Part shown: positions 1-7,905 of the stretch, in pieces
Layout of the letters: each line of letters begins with the position of its first letter
How positions within the stretch are numbered: position 1 is the stretch's first letter
Origin: a virus
Lineage: Duplodnaviria; Caudoviricetes
IMG/VR virus record: IMGVR_UViG_3300037780_000071
Location: 1 to 27,011 of that record
Length of the DNA: 27,011 nucleotides
Strand: one strand, 5' to 3'
The notes under the pieces: model-generated
What the model was told of the DNA's origin: nothing
Database searches by the model: none
Seen by the model: only the letters and a program-made list of their open reading frames with translations
Position numbers and translations under genes: made by a program

Positions 1-164
1 ATGCCGAGGATGACAGGGATCAACGTCTCGAAGCGCTTGAAGTGCGCATAGCGCGAGCGAAGACTGGCACGAAGAATGATCTTCGTGCCAGTCGTGAGAA
101 CGGCAATGCCGAGTGCGTACATGATGAAGGGAAGGATGCCAGGCTTTAAGAGTGTGGCGAGCAT
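1..164 (-). CDS. Holin-like small membrane protein (5' part, runs off window)
   Basis: Manual translation MLATLLKPGILPFIMYALGIAVLTTGTKIILRASLRSRYAHFKRFETLIPVILG shows a hydrophobic helix, a basic loop and the start of a second helix. GGAGG lies just upstream, and the gene follows the tail genes. Not in the ORF track. Confidence 0.55.
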   Translation of the reverse strand, partial: MLATLLKPGILPFIMYALGIAVLTTGTKIILRASLRSRYAHFKRFETLIPVILG

Positions 165-167
165 GAT

Positions 168-190
168 GCCTCCTGCGCCTCGCAGGAGGC
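168..190 (-). promoter_or_regulatory. Hairpin sequestering the SD of the holin-like gene
   Basis: mRNA GCCTCCTGCG-AGG-CGCAGGAGGC-ATC-ATG: a perfect 10-bp stem whose 3' arm contains GGAGG. Confidence 0.6.
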
Positions 191-196
191 GAGGCT

Positions 197-1378
197 TTAG
201 CGAAGTCCGGGTTTAAGTCTGCCCTTGTACCAAAATGGCCATGAAGGTGTGTCTTCTTGGTGCATCCAAGCTAGTGCATCTGCATGGCGGATGAAAGGCT
301 TGTCTGCGCTTGGTCCCTCGAAGATCGCCTTTCGATGGTAGGACTGATCGACAGCGCCGATCTCTCGAAAAAGATCTGTGTCTAACCATCCCTTCAGATC
401 TCCCGACGTGTAAACCTCGACTGGCGACCAATAATAATCGCCTGCCGCGTCAACCTCATTGCCAGGATCGAAGATTTTTCGCAGCGATAGATCATAAGAT
501 ACAACGGTTCCTGCCGCGTTCTTGCATTCAAAGTATCCCTCGCCATGATTTGGATCATCATCCTCTGCCTCGATTTCGATCCAGAAAACGCCAACATCGT
601 TTGTGTCCGAGGTTTGCCGAGGTAACACTTTGGCGAATCCCCCTGCCGTATGACAGTTGCCAAGTCCTTCCTGCGCCTGACTGATCAGGATAGCAGGCTT
701 GTCTGTATCGATAATGATCAGGAAATCATCATAAGTGTAACCTGACGCAACATTTTTAGGCACAAACTCGAGCCCTCTAGGCGTTTGGGTTGTTGTCTTG
801 TCTGGAAACCATGCGGCAGCAGCAGTGCCGTTTGCGGCAGGCAATCCGCCTGCGCTATTGTAGTCGCCTCCAAAAGACAAAGTTGGCAAATCGCTGTATG
901 GGATGTTGAAACGATCGACGCTGTTGTCTGCGCTAAAGGCAAACCAAATCGCAGGATAGGTGTGTCCGTTTGTGCCTGTATTTGGCGCATCCTCGACATA
1001 CTGGAAATAGTCGTATGAATCCGCCGATCCGCCTGGCATAGCATCGCGAGCATAGGCACGATCAGTCAGCGCTTGGTTTTCGAGTGCCATGCCCACAATC
1101 AGGCTGGTATCGCTATCGATCAATTCGACCTCGAAAAACCTACCCTTGCCATTGCTAGTACCGTATTCGGCAATTTCTCCCACCTTTGCGACTGCGCCAG
1201 GCAAGGCTACATTCCAGGGATTGCCCAAACCATCGCCGTTCAAAAACAGATCTCGCCATGCCTCGATCAGAGCGCGCGCGCGCGTTTCAGATGTGCCAGG
1301 CAACGCATACTGCGAAAAGGAAGATTGCCAGTGTCCATAATTAGGGACCAACGGCATCAGGAAAGAATATCGAGGCAT
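197..1378 (-). CDS. Hypothetical protein, probably tail/virion-associated (393 aa)
   Basis: Long ORF in the operon direction with AAGGA upstream of the ATG. Acidic and rich in aromatic residues and Gly; downstream of the tail fibre. No family recognised. Confidence 0.7.
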   Translation of the reverse strand: MPRYSFLMPLVPNYGHWQSSFSQYALPGTSETRARALIEAWRDLFLNGDGLGNPWNVALPGAVAKVGEIAEYGTSNGKGRFFEVELIDSDTSLIVGMALENQALTDRAYARDAMPGGSADSYDYFQYVEDAPNTGTNGHTYPAIWFAFSADNSVDRFNIPYSDLPTLSFGGDYNSAGGLPAANGTAAAAWFPDKTTTQTPRGLEFVPKNVASGYTYDDFLIIIDTDKPAILISQAQEGLGNCHTAGGFAKVLPRQTSDTNDVGVFWIEIEAEDDDPNHGEGYFECKNAAGTVVSYDLSLRKIFDPGNEVDAAGDYYWSPVEVYTSGDLKGWLDTDLFREIGAVDQSYHRKAIFEGPSADKPFIRHADALAWMHQEDTPSWPFWYKGRLKPGLR

Positions 1379-1387
1379 GATGTTTCC

Positions 1388-2275
1388 TTAGACTTGAAGT
1401 TGCTGAATCCAGTTTGTGACTCCTGCAAGGTACGCAGGCAGTGTATACCAATCGCCGATTGTAACCGAGTAGACATCGGCATCGAGGTAAGAGGCAACGC
1501 TAGGAACCTTGCCAATGCTTATCGCGTTGTCTGCAACGCCTGCCTCGGTTGCGATCGTGTCGCTGTCCTGCAAGGCGCCTCCAACATAAAGCCTGGCAGT
1601 ATCGCCATCGCCGATAACGAGGACTTCGAGCGCATAGGGCGCCGATCCTGGCAGCGCATAATTGCATTCCCAAAGGATGGCGCCTGCGCTGTTGAAACAG
1701 GCAGCGCGCAGCGTTGGCGTTCCGGTATCATCAACGATCGCAACCTCGAAGCCTCGCCCTGTATCGTGCGTGGCGAGAATAGCACCGTGATAGCCTCCGA
1801 CAGCGGTTGGAATGGAAATCACATCCAACTTTGCGCCAAACGTAAAAACGCCTGTCTCGTGTGCGTATCGCAACGTTGATGTGCTGCCTCCAATTAACTG
1901 CGAGGCATCTGCCGATCGAAGTTGCAAGGGATCGGAAGCGTCGATATTCACGGCAGTGAAATCGACGCCATCTGCGCCAACCGAACTCCAAGAATCCAAC
2001 GCTGGCGCGCTTACAACGCTCTGCCCTGCGTTGGACAAAAGCGAAACTTGCGCCTCATTAACCGAGTAGTACACGATCGCCTGATGGTCTTCAGGAACCG
2101 CGCGCGCTGCCGCTTCCGGGTTTTCTGCCTCGGCGACATTTGCATCAATCGTCTGACCCTCTACCCGATCCGCAAGATCATCGCTGGCGAGGTAAACGGA
2201 TTCAGGCGCAGTAAGCGCCTCGAGTCCGATGCCCTGATCAGGGCGACGCGGCAGCATTGGTGTGATCATTGGCAT
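1388..2275 (-). CDS. Putative tail-associated protein with a C-terminal concanavalin A/LamG-like beta-sandwich (295 aa)
   Basis: Start moved to ATG 2275, which follows GGAGG. The C-terminal pattern (YALEVLVIGDGDTARLYVGG...ISIG...YLDADVYSVTI) resembles LamG-type lectin folds. Confidence 0.55.
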   Translation of the reverse strand: MPMITPMLPRRPDQGIGLEALTAPESVYLASDDLADRVEGQTIDANVAEAENPEAAARAVPEDHQAIVYYSVNEAQVSLLSNAGQSVVSAPALDSWSSVGADGVDFTAVNIDASDPLQLRSADASQLIGGSTSTLRYAHETGVFTFGAKLDVISIPTAVGGYHGAILATHDTGRGFEVAIVDDTGTPTLRAACFNSAGAILWECNYALPGSAPYALEVLVIGDGDTARLYVGGALQDSDTIATEAGVADNAISIGKVPSVASYLDADVYSVTIGDWYTLPAYLAGVTNWIQQLQV

Positions 2276-2297
2276 GGCGTTTCCTCCTGCGAAGCGT

Positions 2298-2672
2298 TCA
2301 ACCGAGGCAAGGCGCGATGCCGACATAAACAGCGGTTGCGCCTCCACCATTCAGTTTAACATAAAGCTCGCCAAGCGTAGCGACTCGAACCAATTCCTTG
2401 AATCCCTTCGAGGCAGTCGCAGTCAAGCCAATGCCTTCGTTGACGCCATCAAACACGGTATCGCCGATCGACTCGCCGAGGATGTCGAAATTGACATCGC
2501 CTCCTGTTGGTCTGATCGTGACTTCACACCAAATCGCCTCGCTAACGTCAACGCCATCGCCATCGTTTGGATCGGCGTTCGTTCCGCTGGCAACATTGAT
2601 CGCTGTCAATACAGGGCCAATCGCTGCGTTCTTGCGCGCCAGCGTGGCAAGTGAGTCTGTGGAAAGTGGCAT
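2298..2672 (-). CDS. Hypothetical beta-rich virion protein (124 aa)
   Basis: GAGGA SD upstream of the ATG; alternating beta-strand pattern; lies directly after the tail fibre gene. Confidence 0.65.
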   Translation of the reverse strand: MPLSTDSLATLARKNAAIGPVLTAINVASGTNADPNDGDGVDVSEAIWCEVTIRPTGGDVNFDILGESIGDTVFDGVNEGIGLTATASKGFKELVRVATLGELYVKLNGGGATAVYVGIAPCLG

Positions 2673-2717
2673 TTAATTCCTCGAGTTCGATGGTTTCGGG
2701 AGGCAGCGCAGGAGGCT

Positions 2718-4112
2718 TCAGAGCAAGCAAAGCGCGACATAAAGGTTTTCACCGGCAGTGTGTGCCTCGGCGAGCGTATTCGTCCAAGATCCAGCCTTGA
2801 ACTCTTGTGGATAAACAATCCAGGTATCAGAAGGCGAGGCGCCATCTGTGTGGCCGACAACAACGCCTTTGTAGACTCGAACGTTGTTTGAACTCCAGAC
2901 AAACGCCATAGGGATCTTGTATTGAGGACTTGCGAGGCTGCCCGAAGTCGTGAATGTCGCTGCCGTCAGGCTTCCTGACACACTCATATTGTGGACAGGC
3001 AAACCATAATCGAACGAAATGACGCCAGATCCGTCAGCAACGTATACGCCAAGCGCAATCGCCTCGAAGACATTCAAGGCGCGCAGTTTGGAAAATGCAG
3101 CCTCGAGTGTGCCTGTCGCAGTCGAGGCGCCGAGAAACTCGATCAGGTTGGCAGAGCGATCATACTGCGCATATGCCTGATTCGTCGGTTCCTGTTTCGT
3201 CAGGTTGGCTTCTGACGAATCGCCGAGGCGCCATTCATCCGATCCTGCGATCGTCTTTGCGATCAGGTTGCCTTCGCCAAGCGTGCCATCCTCGCCATTC
3301 ATGTAGATGCGATCGTTGGCAGCGTTCCCGCTGATGATGCCTGTTGCCTTGAATGTTGTTGCGATCAGGTTGCCTGCCTCGAGATCGTGCAGCGCTGCCG
3401 CAAGATCCTCGAGGCGCAAGCGCGAATTTGCCTGATCGTAGACAAGGCGCGCAGCATTCGTTGTGTTGCCAACGATGATGTTGCCTGCGCTACGCAGGCT
3501 GTTCACAACGAAGGTGTCTGTAACGCGAGTGTCTGTGATGTCGCTCGTGAGGAAGGAAGTTGCTGCGTTCCTCACGAGGACTTCGGCCACTGGCATGTAT
3601 CCAGATGGAACACTCGGCGCAACTGGCACTGCGTCAACAACGCCTTGTACGATCACATACTCCCAATTGTATTCGGCAGTTTGGTTGCGCGTTTTCTTCG
3701 AGATCGAGTCATCGACAGGATCGAGGACATCAACCGATTGCGGTTCGCTTTCAGTGATGACAGCGCGCACTGCGAGCACGTCGATTCGATCGTTTCCGCT
3801 GGCATCGCCATTCGCCTCGAATGGAATCGTTGCCTGTTCGTCAATGATGATCGGTTGGTAATCCGATGTGTGGTTTTCTCCTGATTTGGCGTACTGAATG
3901 GCAACACCAGGCTCAAGATAAATCGCAAGCGAGGCAGGGACAGGCGATGCAACGCCTGCATCGCCGATCCAGTAAGACGCTGCGCGCGCATCATCCAAAC
4001 CGAACAGCACTGTTGCGGCAGCGTTCCAACCGGAACGAAACGCGCGTTGCACCTTCGTTTGTGAGAGCAATTCATACGCAGACTGTAGAGGACGAAACAG
4101 TTTCAGTGTCAT
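2718..4112 (-). CDS. Tail fibre / baseplate-attached receptor-binding protein (464 aa)
   Basis: Follows the wedge genes with an ATGA overlap. N-terminal attachment-type motifs RIDVLAVR and PVAPSVPSGYMPVAEVLV...ITDTR are followed by a Gly/Asn/Thr-rich fibre-like region. Confidence 0.7.
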   Translation of the reverse strand: MTLKLFRPLQSAYELLSQTKVQRAFRSGWNAAATVLFGLDDARAASYWIGDAGVASPVPASLAIYLEPGVAIQYAKSGENHTSDYQPIIIDEQATIPFEANGDASGNDRIDVLAVRAVITESEPQSVDVLDPVDDSISKKTRNQTAEYNWEYVIVQGVVDAVPVAPSVPSGYMPVAEVLVRNAATSFLTSDITDTRVTDTFVVNSLRSAGNIIVGNTTNAARLVYDQANSRLRLEDLAAALHDLEAGNLIATTFKATGIISGNAANDRIYMNGEDGTLGEGNLIAKTIAGSDEWRLGDSSEANLTKQEPTNQAYAQYDRSANLIEFLGASTATGTLEAAFSKLRALNVFEAIALGVYVADGSGVISFDYGLPVHNMSVSGSLTAATFTTSGSLASPQYKIPMAFVWSSNNVRVYKGVVVGHTDGASPSDTWIVYPQEFKAGSWTNTLAEAHTAGENLYVALCLL

Positions 4113-4810
4113 GCCAAACCCTTTAAAATACCGTCAAAGTTGCCGAAAAGCGCACTGATCATAGCGCCTTGTGCTGTATCCCTTACCTCGATCGAAGATG
4201 CAACGCCTGCCGCTCTCGCTTCCTCGAGGATTTTGATGATCTCGAGGGTTAGGAAGCGCCTCGAGGCGTCATCGTCATCGCCCTGATAACCTGCGTCAGT
4301 GAACGAATGATCTGTGAAGAAATTGCGCGCCTGATTCCTCACTGGCCACACTGGCAAGATGACTCGAAACAGGTATTTCGGGTGATCATCCGGCAGCGTG
4401 ATAGATCGAGGATCGTCAACGAAAAACGCTCTGTCGAGGAAGCGCAGGCGAGGCTCTGACAACTTCGCGTCAAAACCTTCGCCGAGGTAGTGGAAGATCA
4501 GGTTGTTGATCCTTTCGAGGATGGCATCAGGAGTAACAGCGCGAGCTTTGATGATCAGGCGTTCCCTGTAATCGTCATCCGATTCGCCAGGGAACCTTTC
4601 AACGCCGATTTCAGCGCCGATCTCGTCAAGGTATTCATCCTCGCTTGTTTGCCTGAATACCAGCGCCAGGAAGGCTTCTGCCGTCAATTCCGCTGTCCTG
4701 AAAAGGGCAGCAAGCATCGACAGCAAAGCGTAAGCGATCGGTTCTTCTCGAAACCATCGAGGCGAGTTTGATGCCAGTTGATCGAGGATTTCTTGTTTGG
4801 TTCGTGCCAT
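4109..4810 (-). CDS. Baseplate wedge protein, P2 gpI / Mu gp48 position (233 aa)
   Basis: Start moved to ATG 4810 (TGATG coupling to the upstream stop). Motif YLDEIGAEIGVERFPGESDDDYRERL and C-terminal RAAG are typical of wedge proteins. Confidence 0.7.
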   Translation of the reverse strand: MARTKQEILDQLASNSPRWFREEPIAYALLSMLAALFRTAELTAEAFLALVFRQTSEDEYLDEIGAEIGVERFPGESDDDYRERLIIKARAVTPDAILERINNLIFHYLGEGFDAKLSEPRLRFLDRAFFVDDPRSITLPDDHPKYLFRVILPVWPVRNQARNFFTDHSFTDAGYQGDDDDASRRFLTLEIIKILEEARAAGVASSIEVRDTAQGAMISALFGNFDGILKGLA

Positions 4811-5334
4811 CAGGCAGCCTCGACAAAGGTTGTAGTGATTCCCGCTGCGCGCCATGCAGTTGCGCCTGCGTTAAGCCTGGCGAGGACATCAGCAACAACA
4901 GCGCCAGAAACGATCGTCAGCGAGATCGTAACAATGCCTGCGCCAAAGTCTTCGAGGACTTCTGCCGAGGTAACATCTGCGTCTGACTCGGCGTAGAAGC
5001 GCAGCGCAGGAACCGTTGCGCGCGACAAATTCAAGATCCAATTCAGAGCGCGCGCTCTGAAGTCTGCATCTGTTTCATCAACTTCACGCTCAAGGCCATA
5101 ACGGTCCCTGATGATGAAGTCGAGATCGCTGCCTTCTGCTGTCGAAACAAACGCAGTCAGGAAGCGTTTGACCATCCATCGAAGGACAGCCTTCGCCTCG
5201 GTTGCTGCTACACCAGTAAAAGCGTCGAGCCAACTGCCTGCGCTAAAGTCGTTAAACTGATGATCAGGATTCGCAACAAGTTCGCTCTCGCCTTCATCGT
5301 ATAGATCTTGAAATGTCGGGATCGTTGGCATCAT
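4810..5334 (-). CDS. Baseplate J-like wedge protein, unusually short (174 aa)
   Basis: gpJ/gp47 hallmarks DFSAGS, FVSTAEGSDLD...YGLER, ETDADFRAR and C-terminal RAAGI; follows the gp25-like gene. Confidence 0.75.
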   Translation of the reverse strand: MMPTIPTFQDLYDEGESELVANPDHQFNDFSAGSWLDAFTGVAATEAKAVLRWMVKRFLTAFVSTAEGSDLDFIIRDRYGLEREVDETDADFRARALNWILNLSRATVPALRFYAESDADVTSAEVLEDFGAGIVTISLTIVSGAVVADVLARLNAGATAWRAAGITTTFVEAA

Positions 5335-5684
5335 TCAACCTTCAGGTTTCGCCTTGTGAGTGTCTCGCCATTTGCACTGATCGTCAGATCGAAGAAAACC
5401 GCGTTGTTTTCAGCGTAGAAGGCGATCTTGTATCTGTCGATACTCTCGAGAGCATCGAGAGTAATCACGCTGTCTCGATACGCTTGCTGTAGAATGCCAG
5501 GCGAGGCAGGTTTACCTGCGTACCTCGACAACCCTGCGCCGATGTCAGGGCGATGCAGGATGCCTCCCCTTTCCTGCATCAACAGCCTGATGGTCTGGAT
5601 CATCACGCGCTCGATCCCTGTCATCGAAACAAGGTCGCCTGACTCGGTTGTCGCAGGCGTTTTCACGTCTCGAATAAACGTCAT
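5331..5684 (-). CDS. Baseplate wedge/sheath initiator, T4 gp25 / P2 gpW-like (117 aa)
   Basis: Pattern SGDL...G...IQTIRLLMQERGGILHRPDIGAGL matches the gp25-family consensus (L.T..G....P..G..L); size and position fit. Confidence 0.8.
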   Translation of the reverse strand: MTFIRDVKTPATTESGDLVSMTGIERVMIQTIRLLMQERGGILHRPDIGAGLSRYAGKPASPGILQQAYRDSVITLDALESIDRYKIAFYAENNAVFFDLTISANGETLTRRNLKVE

Positions 5685-5890
5685 TCCTTGATCCTTCCTT
5701 CAACGCCATCGACTTCCACAACAGCGAACTCGATAAAGTGCGCGATGATGGCATCTGCCATCCTTGTATAACCTGCCTTCACTGCCTCGATCTGCTCTGC
5801 CTGCTCTGGATTCGTGGGATCAAAGATGCCGTCAGCGATCATCTGATCAACAACTGCCTGCGCCATCGTTTCGCCATTCATCGCCATCAT
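5681..5890 (-). CDS. Small helical protein after the spike gene, possible spike-associated protein (about 69 aa)
   Basis: Fills the gap between spike and gp25-like genes exactly, abutting one and overlapping the other. Start may be 5890 or 5887. Confidence 0.6.
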   Translation of the reverse strand: MMAMNGETMAQAVVDQMIADGIFDPTNPEQAEQIEAVKAGYTRMADAIIAHFIEFAVVEVDGVEGRIKE

Positions 5891-6571
5891 TCAACCCTTT
5901 AGCGTTGCGTCAAAGATCGCCTTTGCTGTCACGATCTCGAGTTGGATCGAGGTAAACACTGCCGAGGTTGTCAGCGTTTGCGGTCCAATGAGAGTCAGCA
6001 CTTGCGTTTGTGAAAGCGTTGTCAGCGTTTGGATCTGATAGCGCAGGCTATCCGAGATCGTCTGCAACACTTCTGCCGAGGCATTGCCGATCGAGATCTT
6101 GCCTGAAGGCTTCATTTCGACTTTCAGCGGTCCAACCTCGAGTGTGATGCCTTGCGATGCCTTGATCTCGGCGAGCTTATCTGCCTCGAGGTAAAACGCG
6201 CCTTCGCGCGCCATAACTTGGATGTCTTCGCCTCGAGGTGGCGCCCAAATCGTTTTTCCTGCCTCGGTTATAGGCAAGTCATCAGCGCCATCGTATGGCG
6301 CCAGCGGAAGCAAAAGAAACACTTCCTCGAGGCTATCGCCGAGGATGGCGCATAACCACAACTCGCCCTGCCTCGGAATGCCATAAGGCGCCCTCCTGCC
6401 TCCAAGTAATTCAGCGATCGGGTTTTCGTCAGGCTTTCCGAGGATGTCGATCTGTGCGCTGATTCTACCGTCATCCTCGGCGCCATCCTCCAAAAGCACG
6501 CAAAGCGCGAAGGATTCCGCTTCGCGTTTTAGCCTGCGCAGTTGCGCAGCAATTTTGCCTGTCGCTGTCAT
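5891..6571 (-). CDS. Baseplate central spike, gpV-like (226 aa)
   Basis: N-terminal OB-fold-like segment (YGIPRQGELWLCAILGDSLEEVFLL, compare P..G..V.V....G), then short beta repeats; lies after the hub gene. Confidence 0.7.
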   Translation of the reverse strand: MTATGKIAAQLRRLKREAESFALCVLLEDGAEDDGRISAQIDILGKPDENPIAELLGGRRAPYGIPRQGELWLCAILGDSLEEVFLLLPLAPYDGADDLPITEAGKTIWAPPRGEDIQVMAREGAFYLEADKLAEIKASQGITLEVGPLKVEMKPSGKISIGNASAEVLQTISDSLRYQIQTLTTLSQTQVLTLIGPQTLTTSAVFTSIQLEIVTAKAIFDATLKG

Positions 6572-7905
6572 AACGTCTCGAGATCAACTGTCAGGAAGGC
6601 TGATGCCTTGCCAGTGAACTTATAACCGTTGTCAGGATCATATTCGTGCGTCGCCATATCAACGAAGAATGGAGTATCAATCGCGCGCCATCCTCTTGAT
6701 AGAACTTCTGCAACCTGTCTTGTGTATCCCTTCAACAACAAGGCTCTGCGCTTTCCATCAGGCGTAATGTTCGCCTCGAGGATCTGCCTCGAAGCCTTCG
6801 AGATCAGGATCTTGACTGGCGATCCATTCAGAACATCTGTCATCGAAATTACATCGCCTTCGCCCTGAATGCGACGCTCTGCGTTGTATCGCCTCACAGT
6901 CATGTCATTCGTAGAAAAGCTAACAGAAACTTGCTGTTGTGCGTACCTTGCGTGAATCTGCGCAGCGATGTTTTCGAGGATGGCAACCGTTGGCGCAGGA
7001 TGCCTGATCACAAACTCATTGATGATCGTCTGCGTCTTTTTCTTCGATCCTCGCGAGGTTTTCACAACTCGCAAGGCATCGCGAGGATTTGGCGGATAGC
7101 TGCCGCTTATCGTCTGGTTGTTCTCGTGATCGATCGCGCTGACTCGAATGTTAGGCAGATCTCGAACGCCAAACTTCCTTGTGATTTCCAGGCTCGTCAG
7201 GTTTTCGGCAGTTACGAAATAAGGGATCAAATCGCGCGTTGAATCGAACGTGCGAGGCGCCTGTATGACAACCGAGTCAAACCGAACAGTACAGACAAGG
7301 CCAACCTTCAGGCATAGTTGAAACATGCCCTCGAAGATTGTGGCATCAGCCTTCGCTCTGAAGGTTTTTCGCTTGCGCCCTTTCCCGCCTGGCACGATCG
7401 GCGCCGAGGCAACATCGAGGCGAAGTTTCATAGGTTCGGTTGCAGGAGTCGAATCGAGGATCTCGCGCAAGATGACATCGATTGGACGATCCAGGGCGAC
7501 ACTCCTGCCCTGCCATTTCTCATCCAAAAGCAAGCCTTTGTAGTCTCGCCCTGACATAGATACGAGCGTTCCATCGTTCCCGAATTTCTTGCCTAATTCG
7601 TCCGCTATGCCGAGTCCAACGCGCGTTGTATCACTCGGTTGCAGGTAGCGATCGGCAGCGCCAACATCAGCAATATGCATGTCGAGAGTCACGCTGCGAA
7701 ACAGCCTCGGATCGGCAGGGAAATAACGCTCGTCGATCTCGATCTCGAACTTGTCTGCCGTTTTGATGTCATTGGATTCGATCTTGATCCTCGCAGGCAG
7801 TATGTCAGGGATGCGGATCAAGCCTTCCTCGATCGTCTCGATCGACTTATCGAATGGCAACAACGCCATCGTCGCGCGCGCTTGCGGATAGTAAGTGCGA
7901 TTCAT
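6568..7905 (-). CDS. Baseplate hub protein, T4 gp27 / P2 gpD / Mu gp44-like (445 aa)
   Basis: Motifs ADKFEIEI, GIADE, VSMSGRDYKGLLLD and C-terminal FFVDMATHEY...GYKFT; lies between the LysM gene and the spike. Confidence 0.75.
   Translation of the reverse strand: MNRTYYPQARATMALLPFDKSIETIEEGLIRIPDILPARIKIESNDIKTADKFEIEIDERYFPADPRLFRSVTLDMHIADVGAADRYLQPSDTTRVGLGIADELGKKFGNDGTLVSMSGRDYKGLLLDEKWQGRSVALDRPIDVILREILDSTPATEPMKLRLDVASAPIVPGGKGRKRKTFRAKADATIFEGMFQLCLKVGLVCTVRFDSVVIQAPRTFDSTRDLIPYFVTAENLTSLEITRKFGVRDLPNIRVSAIDHENNQTISGSYPPNPRDALRVVKTSRGSKKKTQTIINEFVIRHPAPTVAILENIAAQIHARYAQQQVSVSFSTNDMTVRRYNAERRIQGEGDVISMTDVLNGSPVKILISKASRQILEANITPDGKRRALLLKGYTRQVAEVLSRGWRAIDTPFFVDMATHEYDPDNGYKFTGKASAFLTVDLETL

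Noticed and set aside
197-4112. Possible diversity-generating retroelement or invertible fibre cassette
   Set aside because: No reverse transcriptase, template/variable repeat pair, invertase or long inverted crossover sites were seen in the window.
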